64,000 nucleotides of DNA from an uncultured Acidobacteriota bacterium (GCA_963754955.1 CAVWHY010000010.1:15233-79232); one strand, 5' to 3'; positions 1 to 11,668 are shown, counted from the first letter of the stretch. The notes: generated from the letters alone by a model not told the origin. Numbers and translations are program-made.

Positions 1-571
1 GGCGGCAGTGGATGCCGTCAAAGCGCAGGAAGAAGTCCTCGCGCACACGGACTACCCGCGCGTGTACCTCCAGTCGAGCGTGTTCGCGCGCGGGAGTGGC
101 GCGAGCCCCGGCGGAACGCTCGACGGCGGCGTCGACGGGCTCGGTCTCGACCGCGCCAACTGGGCTGCCGGGGTCCAGGTGGTGTTCCCGAACCTGTTCG
201 ACTTCTCCGGCCTGCATGCCAGAAAAACGGCTGCGTCCGCCACGGAGCGAGCCGAAACGGCGCTGTACGATGAAGCCGTGCTGACCATCTCGAGCCAGCA
301 GGCAGCGGCCGCTGCGCTGCTGCAGGCGGCCCGGGCCGTCGCGGCAAACACGCCTGTGCAGCTCGCGGCGGCACGGCAGAGTGAGACGCAGGCGCGCGCG
401 CGGTACCAGGCAGGGCTGGCGAGTATTACCGAGATCGCCGACGCGCAGAGCCTGCTGGCGCAGGCCGAAGTGCAGGATCAAATCGCCCGCGTCGATGTCT
501 GGCGCGGGCTGCTGGCCGAGGCCGTCGCGATCGGCGATCTGACGCCGTTCACCCGACTCCTCCGCCCCTAG
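1..571 (+). CDS. TolC-family outer membrane efflux protein, C-terminal part (5' truncated by window)
   Basis: OEP C-terminal pattern ([26 protein letters not shown]); directly upstream of RND permease and MFP. Confidence 0.85.
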   Translation, partial: AAVDAVKAQEEVLAHTDYPRVYLQSSVFARGSGASPGGTLDGGVDGLGLDRANWAAGVQVVFPNLFDFSGLHARKTAASATERAETALYDEAVLTISSQQAAAAALLQAARAVAANTPVQLAAARQSETQARARYQAGLASITEIADAQSLLAQAEVQDQIARVDVWRGLLAEAVAIGDLTPFTRLLRP

Positions 572-583
572 CAGGACGCCACC

Positions 584-3500
584 ATGTGGTTGATTCGCGC
601 GGCCCTTCGGCGACCCGTGACGATCCTCGTCGCCGTCGTCGCGGTGGCGCTCACGGCGGCGTTCGCGGTCAGCCGCATGCGCATCGACATCTTTCCGGAT
701 CTGGATCTCCCGGTGATCTACGTCGCGCAGCCGTACGGCGGGATGAGCCCGGCGCAGATGGAGGGCTATCTCGTCTACTACTACGAGTACCACTTCCTCT
801 ACATCAACGGCATCGAGCAGCGTCGAGTCGAAGTCCATTCAGAACACGGGCCTGCTGAAGCTGACGTTCCACCCGGGCACGAACATGGCCGAAGCCATGG
901 CGCAGACCATCGGCTACGTCAACCGCGCGCGCGCGTTCATGCCCCCCGGCACCGTCGGCCCGTTCGTCATGCGGTTCGATACCGGCAGCGGTGCCCGTCG
1001 GCTACCTCGTGTTCTCGAGCGCCAGCCGCAGCCTGGGGGAGATTCAGGACCTTGCGCTCAACCAGGTGCGGCCGCAGTTTGCGACGCTCGACGGACTGAC
1101 GTCGCCGCCGCCGTTTGGAGGAAGCCAGCGGACGATCGTGATCCGGGTCGATCCGGCGCGGCTGCAGGCGCACGGGATGTCGTCGGATGACGTGATCAAG
1201 GCCGTGAGCGCGGGCAACGTGATCATGCCGTCCGGCAGCGTGAACATCGGCGGTGAGACGCGCATCTCGCCGTTGAATTCCGTCGTGGCAGACATCAACG
1301 ATCTGCTCGAGTTACCCATCCGCACCGGCTCCGGGCCGACGGTATTCGTGCGCGATGTCGGGTCGGTGAGCGACAGCACCGACATCCCGACCGTGTACGC
1401 CCTCGTCAACGGCCGCCGCGCGGTCTATATCCCCGTCACCAAGCGTCCCGATGCCTCCACGCTGGCTGTCGTCCGAGAGGTGAAGGACAACCTCGCCCGG
1501 TTTCAGTCGCTCGTCCCCGACGACATCAAAGTGTCGTACGAGCTCGACCAGTCCGGGAACGTTTCGGCGGCGCTTCAGTCCGTCGTGCGCGAAGGGCTCC
1601 TCGGCGCGCTGCTGACCGGCCTGATGGTGCTGCTGTTCCTGCGCGACTGGCGCAGCGCCGGGATCGTTGTCGTCACGATTCCATTTGCGCTGCTCACGGC
1701 CGTCGTCGCGCTCTGGGCCGCGGGGCAGACGATCAACATCATGACGCTCGGCGGTCTCGCGCTCGCAGTGGGCATCCTGGTCGACGAAGCGACGGTCGCA
1801 ATCGAAAACATCCATACGCACCTGGCCCGAGGCACGCCCGTTGCGCGCGGCGTGCTCGATGCGAGCGGCGAGGTCGTCGTACCGCGCCTGCTCGCGATGC
1901 TGAGTGTCGTCGCCGTGTTCGCTCCGTCGTTCTTCATGACAGGCGTGGCGCGCTCGCTGTTCGTGCCGTTGTCGCTGGCCGTCGGCCTCGCGATGATCGC
2001 GTCGTTCCTGCTCTCGAGCACGCTCGTGCCCGTGCTGTCGGTGTGGCTGCTCCGCGGATCGCATGGCGATGACGAGGCCGGTTCGTTCGAGCGTGTGCGC
2101 GCCGGCGTGACCACAGCGCTTCGGCGGCTCGCGCCGTTGCGCGGTGTCGTGATCTCGGCCTATGTGATCGTGACCATCGCCGTCGTGGGCCTGGTCGGGG
2201 TCCGGCTCGGCCGCGAGATTTTTCCAGGCGGCGGCGTCCGGCAGTTCCAGCTGCGGTTTCAGGCGCCGGCCGGCACCAAGTTCGAGTTGACCGAACGGCT
2301 CGCCGGCGACGTCCTCGATGAGATCAACCGCGCGGCCGGTCCGGGGAACGTGGAGGTCACGCTCGGGTACGTGGGCGTCCAACCGTCCTCGTATCCCATC
2401 AACACGATCTTCCTGTGGACGGGCGGATCGCACGAGGGCGTGCTGCAGGTGGCGCTCAGGGCGGAGGCGCGCGTTGATCTTCCCGCTCTTCAGGAAACGC
2501 TTCGCCAGCGATTCCGACACCGGTTTCCGGACGTGCAGTTCTCGTTCGAGCCGGGTGATATCGTCGGGCGCATCATGAATTTCGGCGCGCCGACCCCGGT
2601 CCAGGTCGCCGTCGCCGGGCCCGATTTCAATGCGACGCGGGTGTACGTCGCGAAGTTGAGCGGCGAACTCGGGCAGGTGACGACGCTGCGCGACCTCCAC
2701 GTCGAACAGGCGCTCGATTACCCGTCTGTTGCGGTCAATGTGGACCGTGAGCGGGCGGGGCAACTCGGCGTCAGCGTGGAGCAGATCGGGCGGTCGTTCG
2801 CCGCGGCGACATCGTCCAGCCGGTTCGTCGCACCGAACTACTGGGCCGATCCGCGTACGGGGATCGCCTTTCAAGTGCAGGTTGAGGTGCCGCAGCCGCA
2901 GATGAAGACGCTCGAAGATCTGCGCGTGGTTCCGGTGTCCGAAGGCGGCGCGTCCCATGCGTTGCTCGGCGACGTGGCGCAGGTCGAGTCCGGAACGGTT
3001 GTCGGCGAATACGATCGGTTCAACGGTCAGCGGATGGTGACGCTCTCGGCGAACACCGCAGGCGAGGATCTCGGGCGCGTCGCGAGCCGCGTGGACGAGG
3101 CGATCGCGAGGGCCGGTGGACCGCCTCGCGGTGCGACGGTGTCGGTTCGCGGCCAGATCGCGCCGATGCGCGAGACGTTCCGAAACATCGCGGCCGGCCT
3201 GGCCGTGGCCGTGGCGGTGATCTTTCTGCTCATGGCCGCGAACTTCCAGTCGGCGCGGCTGGCGCTGGCCGTCGTGTCGACTGCTCCGGCCGCGCTCGCG
3301 GGAGTTGTCGTGATGCTGGCGCTGACGCGCACGACCCTCAACGTGCAATCGTTCATGGGCGCGATCATGGCCGTCGGTGTCGCCGTCGCGAACGCGATTC
3401 TTCTCGTCACCTACGCGGAGCAGGCCCGCGGGCAGGGCGGGACGTCCATGGACGCCGCCGTCGCGGCCGCGAGAGCCCGGTTGCGTCCCGTGCTGATGAC

Positions 3501-3735
3501 CACCGCGGCAATGATCGCCGGCATGACGCCCATGGCGCTCGCGATCGGCGAGGGAAGTGCCGCGACGGCGCCGCTCGGTCGCGCCGTGATAGGCGGCCTC
3601 CTGGCCGCCACATGTGCGACGGTCTTCGTCCTGCCGTCCATCTACTCGTCCGTTCAGCAGTCCGCCCGCGTCGCGTCGGCCTCGCTCGATCCCGACGATC
3701 CAGACAGCGCCCATTCCTCTCGGGGGCACGCATGA
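584..3735 (+). CDS. RND efflux transporter permease (AcrB/CusA family), two apparent frameshifts near 815 and 990
   Basis: N-term [22 protein letters not shown]; [14 protein letters not shown]; [20 protein letters not shown]; stitched from ORFs 584-1099, 885-1190, 991-3735. Confidence 0.92.
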
Positions 3736-4889
3736 AATTGTCTCGGTGGTCGATCGTGGCGCTGCTCCTGAGTGCGGGCTGCGGTGGTCGCGCATCCGCC
3801 CCGCCCGCGCGGTCATCAGAGACCACAGGCCCACCCGTGCTCGAGACGGTCCGCGTGGTGGAGCAAGCCGCCAGCGTCACGCTGGATCTGCCCGCTGAGC
3901 TCGAACCGTACGAGTCGGTGGATGTCTACCCGAAGGTGACGGGCTTCGTGAAAGCGATTCCCGTCGATCGCGGATCGCGTATCCATACGGGGAATGTGCT
4001 CATCGAGATCGAGGCGCCAGAACTCCTGGCGCAGCGGGCCGAAGCACAGTCGCGGCTGCAGGGCGCCGAGGCGCAGCTCGCGACCGTGCGCGCGAAGGCG
4101 GACGCCGACGCGAGCACGTTCGACAGGCTGAAGGCCGCGTCGGCCACTCCGGGAGCCGTCGCCGGCAACGACGTCGTGCTCGCGCAGAAGAACGTCGAAG
4201 CGGGCCAGAGCCAGATTGTCGCTGCGCAGCAGACCGTCGAGGCGGCGCGGCAGGCGGTTCGATCGATTACGGACATGGAAGGGTATCTGAGAGTCGTCGC
4301 GCCGTTCGACGGTGTCGTCACCGAGCGGAACGTTCACCCGGGCGCGCTGGTCGGCCCGGGAAGCGGCGCCGGCGCCGGCAAGCCGCTCTTGCGCGTCGTT
4401 CGCAATGACAGGTTGCGCCTCACGGTACCGGTTCCGGAGGCGTATACGGCCGGCGTGACGAACGGCACGCGAGTGGCATTCACGGTGCCGGCGTATCCCG
4501 GCGTCGACTTTTTCGGAACGGTGGCGCGCGCGTCCAACACCGTCGACGTCAAAACGCGGACGATGGCCGTCGAACTGGATGTGATGAACGGCGACGGACG
4601 CCTGCCCTCCGGCACGTTCTGCCAGGTCCGCTGGCCCGTGCGCCGTCCGGCTCCGTCGTTGTTCGTGCCCAGCCGCAGCGTTGCGAGCACGACCGATCGG
4701 ACGTTCGTCGTGCGCGTACGGGGCGGCCGCACCGAGTGGATCGATGTGAAGACCGGACTCGCATCCGGCGTCCTGGTCGAGGTGTTCGGCGATCTGCGGG
4801 CCGGCGATGAGGTCGTCGCGCGCGGAACTGATGAAATCCGTCCGGGAACGGAGGTCCGGGTGACGGACGCCAAGCCCGCCAGCCGGTGA
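3732..4889 (+). CDS. RND efflux periplasmic adaptor (membrane fusion protein), probable lipoprotein
   Basis: ATG 3732 overlaps RND stop (ATGA); LSAGC lipobox-like; APFDGVVTERNV lipoyl-like motif, hairpin coiled coil. Confidence 0.9.
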   Translation: MKLSRWSIVALLLSAGCGGRASAPPARSSETTGPPVLETVRVVEQAASVTLDLPAELEPYESVDVYPKVTGFVKAIPVDRGSRIHTGNVLIEIEAPELLAQRAEAQSRLQGAEAQLATVRAKADADASTFDRLKAASATPGAVAGNDVVLAQKNVEAGQSQIVAAQQTVEAARQAVRSITDMEGYLRVVAPFDGVVTERNVHPGALVGPGSGAGAGKPLLRVVRNDRLRLTVPVPEAYTAGVTNGTRVAFTVPAYPGVDFFGTVARASNTVDVKTRTMAVELDVMNGDGRLPSGTFCQVRWPVRRPAPSLFVPSRSVASTTDRTFVVRVRGGRTEWIDVKTGLASGVLVEVFGDLRAGDEVVARGTDEIRPGTEVRVTDAKPASR

Positions 4890-5017
4890 CCGGAGACAAT
4901 CACGTATCGAAATGCGACGATCGAGCGACCTCAGGTGTAGCGAACGCACACGGTCCGCGGAGTTTTCGACCCGACAGCCTAGCCTCCAAGTTGCATACGT
5001 CGGAGATGAGGTGAGAC

Positions 5018-5854
5018 ATGCAGTGGTCCTCTGGAGATCGCGGGAACATTGAAGATCGACGTGGAAGCTCCGGCATGCGGGCCGTGCCGATAGGCATCGG
5101 CGGCCTGCTGGTGCTGGGTGTGCTCAGCTGGGTGACCGGAACCGACTTCCTCTCCCTCGCGAACCAGGGATCGCCGCAGGTGGTGGATTCGGGCGGCCAG
5201 GTCCAGAGCACGCCGCAGGAGGAGCGCAAAGTCGATTTCGTGGACGCGGTCGCCCAGGACGTGCAGAGCACCTTCGAGCAGGAGCTCGGCGGGCGCTACG
5301 AGCGCACGCGCGTCGTATTGTTTCGCGACGCGATCCAGTCCGCCTGCGGGTCGGCTGAGGCCGCGACCGGCCCGTTCTACTGTCCCGCTGATCAGAAGGT
5401 CTACCTCGACCTTGGGTTTTTCGATGATCTCACGCAGCGGTTCGGCGCGCCGGGGGACTTCGCGCAAGCGTACGTCATCGGCCACGAGCTCGGCCATCAC
5501 GTGCAGCATCTGCTCGGCCTCGATGAGCGCACGCGCGGAGCAGCTGTCGGGCAGAACAGCGCGTCGGTTGCGCTCGAGCTCCAGGCCGACTGCCTCGCCG
5601 GTATCTGGGGACACGCCGCGTCGCAGGGGGGACGATTCAAGGCCGGCCACGTCGAGCTCGAACCTGGTGATGCGGATGAGGCTTTGCGCGCGGCGTCCGC
5701 CATCGGCGATGACCGCCTGCAGAAAATGGCAACAGGCCGGGTGATGCCCGAGCGGTTCACGCACGGCACCTCGGCACAGCGCGTGCAGGCATTCGGTCGA
5801 GGTATGAGCTCGGGCGATCTGCGCGCGTGCGGCATTGGCGTGCGCGGCACCTAG
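5018..5854 (+). CDS. YpfJ-type neutral zinc metallopeptidase
   Basis: NIEDRRG N-term, GPFYCPADQKVYLD, HELGHHVQ zincin motif, ELQADC, FTHGTS; GAGGTG RBS. Confidence 0.9.
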   Translation: MQWSSGDRGNIEDRRGSSGMRAVPIGIGGLLVLGVLSWVTGTDFLSLANQGSPQVVDSGGQVQSTPQEERKVDFVDAVAQDVQSTFEQELGGRYERTRVVLFRDAIQSACGSAEAATGPFYCPADQKVYLDLGFFDDLTQRFGAPGDFAQAYVIGHELGHHVQHLLGLDERTRGAAVGQNSASVALELQADCLAGIWGHAASQGGRFKAGHVELEPGDADEALRAASAIGDDRLQKMATGRVMPERFTHGTSAQRVQAFGRGMSSGDLRACGIGVRGT

Positions 5855-5875
5855 GGCTCTTCAAAGAGGTGTTCG

Positions 5876-6086
5876 ATGAGAATCCTGGGCGTGTTGCTTG
5901 TCGTGTTCGGTTTGCTGGCGCTCATCTACCAGGGCTTCACGTACACCAAGCGTGAGACTGTCGTCGACATCGGGCCCGGTGCACGCGACGGCCGATCGCA
6001 AAAAGACCGTGCCGCTTCCGCCGATTGTCGGTGGGCTCGCTCTTATCGGCGGTGTGGTACTGCTCGTGAGCGGTAAGACGAACTAG
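5876..6086 (+). CDS. Small two-TM membrane protein (DUF3185-like), apparent frameshift near 5975
   Basis: MRILGVLLVVFGLLAL..YTKRETVVDIGP joined to VHATADRKKTVPLPPIVGG in the next frame; GAGGT RBS. Confidence 0.65.
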
Positions 6087-6088
6087 CC

Positions 6089-7312
6089 ATGACGCGCGGC
6101 ATCCGCGCGATCGTGAATCACGCTGGAAGATGCCTGCTGCTGGCGCTGGCCGCCGCGATTGTCGCGCCCCGGCCGGCGCTGGCGTATTCGGTTCTCACAC
6201 ACGAAGCCAACATCGACGTGCTCTGGGACGGCTCGATCAAGCCGCTGCTGCGCACGCGATTTCCGGCCGCGAGCCCCGGCCAGCTCGAAGAGGCGCGCGC
6301 CTACGCGTACGGCGGCTGCGTCATCCAGGACCTCGGCTACTATCCGTTCGGCAGCCACTTCTTCAGCAACCTGCTGCACTACGTGCGCACGGGCGACTTC
6401 GTACGCGCGCTCGTCCGCAACGCGCGGGACGTCAACGAGTACGCGTTCGCGCTTGGCGCGCTCGGCCACTACGCGGCGGACACGGATGGCCATCGCCTCG
6501 CCGTCAACCGCGCCGTCCCGCTCATGTATCCGAAGATGGAGGCGAAGTTCGGCAACAACGTCACGTACGCCGAATCACCCCGGACGCACTTGATGGTGGA
6601 GTTCGGGTTCGACGTCGTGCAGGTCGCGGCCGGCGCGTATGCGCCTGAGGCCTACCACAAGTACATCGGCTTCAAGGTCGCGCGGTCGGCCCTGGCGCAG
6701 ACCTACCGCGAGATCTACGGCCTGGACATGAAGGATCTCTTCCTCAACGAAGATCTCGCGATCGGAACGTATCGTCACGCCGTGGCGACCACCATCCCGC
6801 AGATGACACAGGTCGCCTGGAAGAAGAAGCGGGAGCAAATCGAACAGGTCACGCCGGGGATCGAGGAATCCAGGTTCGTGTTCAACCTGTCCCGGCGCGA
6901 CTACGAGCAGGAATTCGGCAAGGACTACGCGCGGCCGCACGGCTTCGGGCGGTTCGTCGCATTCGTCTACGCGCTGATTCCGAAAATCGGTCCGTTCCGT
7001 CCTCTCAGCTTCAGGGTCCCGACACCGGAGGCGGAGCGCCTGTTCCTCGAGAGCTTCCGCAGCACCAGGGAACGCTTCCGCCGATCGCTGGAGGCGCTGC
7101 GCGCCGGTCAGCTCAGCCTCGCGAACCTCGATCTCGATACCGGACGGCCCACGGCGCGAGGCGAGTACACGCTCGCTGACGACACGTACGCCGAACTGCT
7201 CGACAAGCTGGACGATCGCCAGTACACGGACGTTCCGCCCGCGCTTCGCGCCAACATCATTGCCTTCTACGGAGCCGGCGACGAGCGCGTCGCGACGCTG
7301 GCGGGGAAGTGA
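6089..7312 (+). CDS. Zinc-dependent phospholipase C family protein (secreted)
   Basis: Signal peptide then AYSVLTHEA, QDLGYYPFG, LGHYAAD, H..VEFGFD metal-ligand motifs. Confidence 0.75.
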   Translation: MTRGIRAIVNHAGRCLLLALAAAIVAPRPALAYSVLTHEANIDVLWDGSIKPLLRTRFPAASPGQLEEARAYAYGGCVIQDLGYYPFGSHFFSNLLHYVRTGDFVRALVRNARDVNEYAFALGALGHYAADTDGHRLAVNRAVPLMYPKMEAKFGNNVTYAESPRTHLMVEFGFDVVQVAAGAYAPEAYHKYIGFKVARSALAQTYREIYGLDMKDLFLNEDLAIGTYRHAVATTIPQMTQVAWKKKREQIEQVTPGIEESRFVFNLSRRDYEQEFGKDYARPHGFGRFVAFVYALIPKIGPFRPLSFRVPTPEAERLFLESFRSTRERFRRSLEALRAGQLSLANLDLDTGRPTARGEYTLADDTYAELLDKLDDRQYTDVPPALRANIIAFYGAGDERVATLAGK

Positions 7313-7333
7313 CTACGGTGTCGCCGGCGCTGC

Positions 7334-7375
7334 CAGTCAGCAGTCGACAGTCGCCAGTCGGCAGTCGTCAGTCGG
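7334..7375. repeat. Heptamer tandem repeat, 6 units (five CAGTCGN plus one CAGTCAG)
   Basis: cagtcag cagtcga cagtcgc cagtcgg cagtcgt cagtcgg between convergent genes. Confidence 0.9.
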
Positions 7376-7376
7376 C

Positions 7377-8258
7377 CTAGCGAATTGTGAAGTCGAGATA
7401 GACCGTCACGAGCACGTCCACCGGCCGGCCCGCGAGGCGGCCGGGCTCGAAACGCCAGTCGTTCACGGCGGCGATGGCGCGCTCGTCGAGCCCGCCGGGA
7501 TCGAGCGATCGCCGCACGCGAACTTGCGCTGGGCGACCTTCCCTCGTCACGACCAACTCCAGCACGACGGTGCCCTGAACTTTCCGTAGCAGCGCGTCGT
7601 CCGTGTATTTCGGCGGCACCTGTTTCAGGAGGCGCGGCGTGCTGACGGCTCCGCCGGGTCTGTAAAGGCCGCCGCCGGTGCCGCCGCCGGATCCCGGCCC
7701 GACGCCGGCTCCCTGACCGGGGCCGATGCCGGTTCCGGTCCCCTCACCCACGCCGCCGCCCGATCCGGGGCCCTGCGACGTCGTGCCGGCCACCCCACCC
7801 TCGAGCAATCCAATCTGTTCGCGCGTGCCCGAGGCCAGCGGTTTGGCGTCGAGGAGCAGCCCCTGCGGCGGGGTGTCGAGGACGAGCGCTGAGGGGCTCG
7901 CGACGATGGGCTGGGCAGGCGGCGACTTGACGATCGGCACCGTCAGTCGATCGCGCCCGATGCCTTCCGCCCGTCGAATGGGTCCGGGCTGGCGATTGCC
8001 GCCCCCACCTCCGCCGCCGCCCGGTGTTTGCTCCGGACGCGCGATGAAGATCATGTGCGTCGTCTGGTCGGGCAGCGCCGCCCTTGCGGCGAGCGTTTGT
8101 TCAACCGTGCGCGACCTCGAATGGTCCACGAGCGTGGCCAGCCCCACGATCGCGACGATATGCAACGTCACTGACGCGATCGTTTGCCATGACACCGCGC
8201 TCCAGCCGCGACGAGGCAGTTGCGGCGGCGCGAGCGCAAGGCCATTGAGGCGGATCAC
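7377..8258 (-). CDS. tonB: Energy transducer TonB family protein
   Basis: N-terminal TM with SxxLH, Gly/Pro-rich linker, TonB_C domain (PKYTDDAL..QGTVVLELVV..LDERAIAAVNDWRFEPG). Confidence 0.85.
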   Translation of the reverse strand: MIRLNGLALAPPQLPRRGWSAVSWQTIASVTLHIVAIVGLATLVDHSRSRTVEQTLAARAALPDQTTHMIFIARPEQTPGGGGGGGGNRQPGPIRRAEGIGRDRLTVPIVKSPPAQPIVASPSALVLDTPPQGLLLDAKPLASGTREQIGLLEGGVAGTTSQGPGSGGGVGEGTGTGIGPGQGAGVGPGSGGGTGGGLYRPGGAVSTPRLLKQVPPKYTDDALLRKVQGTVVLELVVTREGRPAQVRVRRSLDPGGLDERAIAAVNDWRFEPGRLAGRPVDVLVTVYLDFTIR

Positions 8259-8267
8259 GTGTCACTC

Positions 8268-8498
8268 TCAGCCTGGGACCGTCAGGACAGGGCAGGGCGC
8301 GGTGGATACCTGATCGAACTCCCGCCACGTGCCGGGCCCGACGTATTCGTCCAGGCTGATCGGTTCCGGCGAGGGGATGACGTGTAAAACGGTCAGGGCC
8401 GCGCGGTTGGTTCCGGCCATCTTCACCGCCGTGGCGAATGCCTTGCCCGACCGTTTGGAAAAATCAGACGCAAACAGGATGCGCCGGACTCCCGTCAT
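8268..8498 (-). pseudogene. Universal stress protein with large in-frame internal deletion
   Basis: USP N-term (RRILFASDFS..LTVLHV) joined directly to USP C-term (VSTAPCPVLTV); only 76 aa, lacks the central G-x2-G..GS segment. Confidence 0.7.
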
Positions 8499-8536
8499 GC
8501 TGCGATCCTTTCGTGGCGTGCTGCGTCCAAAGATTG

Positions 8537-8552
8537 TGCAAGTCGCAGGCCC
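8537..8552 (-). promoter_or_regulatory. Possible sigma54 (-24/-12) promoter for the USP gene
   Basis: Minus strand GGGCCTGCGACTTGCA = GG-N10-GC with TTGCA, about 40 nt upstream of USP start. Confidence 0.35.
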
Positions 8553-8825
8553 GGTGCTCAGCTTGCCATTTGTGACGCTTGGCGAGGACAGACGGTACGT
8601 GAACCGCCGAGTTGAAGCCTCCGCCGAACGAAATGCAGGCGGTCTTCGCGCCGGGTGCGGCAGCTGGCCAGATGTTTGTATACGCGGAGACGCTGGCGAA
8701 TCGAAATTCGTGTTCGTAATGTTACGGGACCTTTACCGTTTCCGTTGATGGTGGATGGGAAAATGTTCGATATGGTCACGGAAAATCTCGCGGGGCGTGA
8801 AAGCCGATTCGTGGGGGAGGGCGCT

Positions 8826-9041
8826 ATGTCACCAGTTCAAACGACGGTGGCGGATTGGCTGCAGATCATTCGAGGGGAGTTCGCGGAGGTTCCGGGTCTC
8901 CACCTGACCAAGAAGCAGTTCCAGCGGCTGTGGGGCCTCGACGGCGACACGTGCGACAGGCTGCTCGATGTCCTCGTCGATCAGAACTTCCTGCGCCAGA
9001 CGCCGGACCAGAGCTACGTCCGGGCCAACGTCGGCCAGTAA
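8826..9041 (+). CDS. Small hypothetical protein, winged-helix-like (71 aa)
   Basis: Strong RBS GGGGAGG before ATG 8826; IRGEFAEVPGLHLT..QFQRLWGLD..C..LL..LV..FL pattern. Confidence 0.7.
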   Translation: MSPVQTTVADWLQIIRGEFAEVPGLHLTKKQFQRLWGLDGDTCDRLLDVLVDQNFLRQTPDQSYVRANVGQ

Positions 9042-9164
9042 TCACTGCCGGGAAAAACTTCCCTCCTTCGTCCGCGCGAATCGATCGACCGTTCTTCGCA
9101 CCCTGTTCGAGCCGGGACGGCCCTCGGGCGCGTCCGCTCGCTCCACGCCGCGCGCGCCCCCCAA

Positions 9165-9195
9165 TTGACCAACCGACGTCCGGGCGCGGTACACT
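9165..9195 (+). promoter_or_regulatory. Putative sigma70 promoter of thrA
   Basis: TTGACC (9165-9170), 19-nt spacer (long), TACACT (9190-9195), 12 nt before ATG. Confidence 0.4.
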
Positions 9196-9207
9196 ACACA
9201 ACTTGCC

Positions 9208-11668
9208 ATGAAAGTACTCAAGTTCGGCGGGTCTTCTCTTGCTACGCCTGCGGCCGTTCGCGCTGTCGGGACCATCGTTCTCGATGCGCGCCGGCACGAA
9301 CCGGTGCTGGTCGTCGTGTCCGCGTTTCGCGGCGTAACGGATCAACTGCTCGACTGCGCGCGTCTCGCCGAACGTGGCGACCCGGGGTACCTGCGCGCGT
9401 TCGACCAGATCGCCCGGCGGCATCGTGCGTCGGTTTCCACACTCGTCGCGCGCGGACGCGCCGGGGTGCGGAAGCAGGTGGACACACTGCTCGACGAGCT
9501 GAAAAGCACGCTGCAGGGCATCTACCTGCTTCGCCACTGCCCGCCGCGCGCGCTCGACATGACCGCCAGTTTCGGGGAGCGGCTGTCCGCCCTGATTCTG
9601 GCCGCCTACCTGAAACGCTTTCACCCGGCCGAGCTCGCCGACGCGCGCGACTTCGTGCGGACCGACGACCAGTTCACGCACGCATCCGTGATTTTCGCCG
9701 TGACGAACCGCGCGATCCGAAAGCGATTCGCTCCGCTCCTCCGCAAGCGCCGCGCCCCCATCCCGGTGATCACGGGGTTCATCGGCGCCACCGACGACGG
9801 CCAGACGACGACGATCGGGAGGAACGGGTCGGACTACAGCGCGGCGATCGTCGGAGCGGCCGTCGGCGCGTCGATCATCGAGATCTGGACCGACGTCGAC
9901 GGCGTGCTGAGCGCGGATCCGAAGCTCGTGCGCGGCGCGTTCGTGCTGCCGCGGATGACCTACGAAGAAGCGATGGAGCTTTCGTACTTCGGCGCGAAGG
10001 TCATCCACTCGGCGACGATCGCGCCGGCCGTAACGAAACGTATCCCGATCCTCATCAAGAACACGTTCAATCCGGCGGCGCCGGGCACGCTGATCTCGAA
10101 CAGGGCCGCCGAGGCCGCCGACACGCTGGCCAAGGGCATCACCACCGTCGACGGCCTCTCGCTGCTGACGCTGCGCGGCCCGGGCATGGTCGGCGTGCCG
10201 GGGATCGCGGAACGGCTGTTCCGGACGCTTGCCGCGAAGAAAGTCAACGTCATCCTGATCTCCCAGGCGTCGTCGGAACACACGATTTGCTTCGCGGTCC
10301 GGAGCGAGGACGCGTCGCGCGGCATCGAGGCGATCGAGCAGGAGTTCCGCCACGAGGTGGACCAGCAGCTGATGATGGCCGATCACAAGCCCGACCAGGC
10401 GATTCTTGCCGTCGTCGGCGAGGGGATGAAGGGCCGTCCGGGCATCGCCGGGAAGCTGTTCGACTCGCTCGGCCGCAACAACATCAACATCAATGCGATC
10501 GCGCAGGGCGCATCGGAGCGCAACATCTCGTGCGTCATCGACGCGGCGCACGAGGTGCGGGCCCTCAACGCGATTCATGAGGCGTTCTTCGAGTCGCGCA
10601 AGCGGCTGGCCCTGGCCGTGATCGGCGTCGGCAATATCGGCAGCGCGCTCATCGAGCAGCTCCGCCAGCAGCGGCACTATCTGCTCGTCGCGCGGTTTCG
10701 ACGTGCGGGTGGTCGCACTCGCCAACAGCCGCCGCTTCGTCGTTTCGCCGGCGGGCGTGGACCTCGCTAACTGGAGGGCGGCGCTCGGCGCGGCGCGCGG
10801 CCGCATGAGCCCGGAAGGCCTGGCGAGCCGGCTGACGGCGCTCGAGCTGACCAACGCGGCGATGGTCGATTGCACGGCCAACCCGACGGTGGTCGACGCG
10901 TACCCGGCGTTCATCGACGCCAACTTCCACATCATCACCCCGAACAAGCGCGCCAACGCGCTGCCGTGGAAACGTTATTCGGCGCTGATGGAGCAGATGG
11001 CGCATCGGCGCAAGCACTTCTTCTACGAGGCCAACGTCGGCGCCGGCCTGCCCATCATGTCGACGCTGCGCGACCTGATTGCCAGCGGCGACGAGATCGT
11101 CAAGATCGAAGGCATCCTGTCCGGGACGCTCAGCTACCTGTTCAACACATTCGACGGCACCGTCCCGTTTAGCGCGCTGGTGCGCGACGCGCACAAGATG
11201 GCGTTCACCGAGCCCGATCCGCGGGACGATCTGTCGGGTCAGGACGTCGCGAGAAAGCTGCTCATTCTCGCCCGCGAGATCGGGCTGCGGATGGAACTGG
11301 ACGAGGTGAAGGTGGACAGCCTCGTGCCGCGTCCGCTGCGGCGCGGCACGTTCTCGCCCAGGTTCTTCGACGCGCTCTCCGCGTACGACGCCGAGGTCGC
11401 CGGCCGTGTGGAGGCCGCGGGCCGTCGCGGCGCCGTGCTGCGCTATGTCGGGACGCTGGAGAATGGGAAGGCGCAGGCGGGGCTCAAGGAATTTCCGCGC
11501 GATCACCCGGTCGCATCGGCCAAGGGCAGCGACAACGTCATCGCGTTCACCACGAAGCGATATCGCCGGACGCCGCTGGTCGTGCAGGGGCCGGGCGCCG
11601 GCGCGGACGTGACCGCCATGGGCGTGTTTTCCGACATCCTGAAGCTGCTGCACTACCTGCCGCGGTAG
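9208..11668 (+). CDS. thrA: Bifunctional aspartate kinase / homoserine dehydrogenase I, apparent +1 frameshift near 10687
   Basis: KVLKFGGSS, GRNGSDYSA, two ACT domains (QASSE, QGASE), GVGNIG, YEANVGAGLP, EPDPRDDLSG, GPGAG. Confidence 0.95.

Noticed and set aside
1312-3834. Long antisense ORFs (also 8866-10956 and 52286-54316)
   Set aside because: Shadow ORFs opposite well-supported genes, expected at high GC; no recognisable motifs.
4980-4996. Sigma54 promoter upstream of the metallopeptidase
   Set aside because: TTGCA is present but the -24 position reads AG rather than the invariant GG.
7660-8030. Gly-rich low-complexity repeats in tonB
   Set aside because: Ordinary flexible linker of TonB-family proteins.
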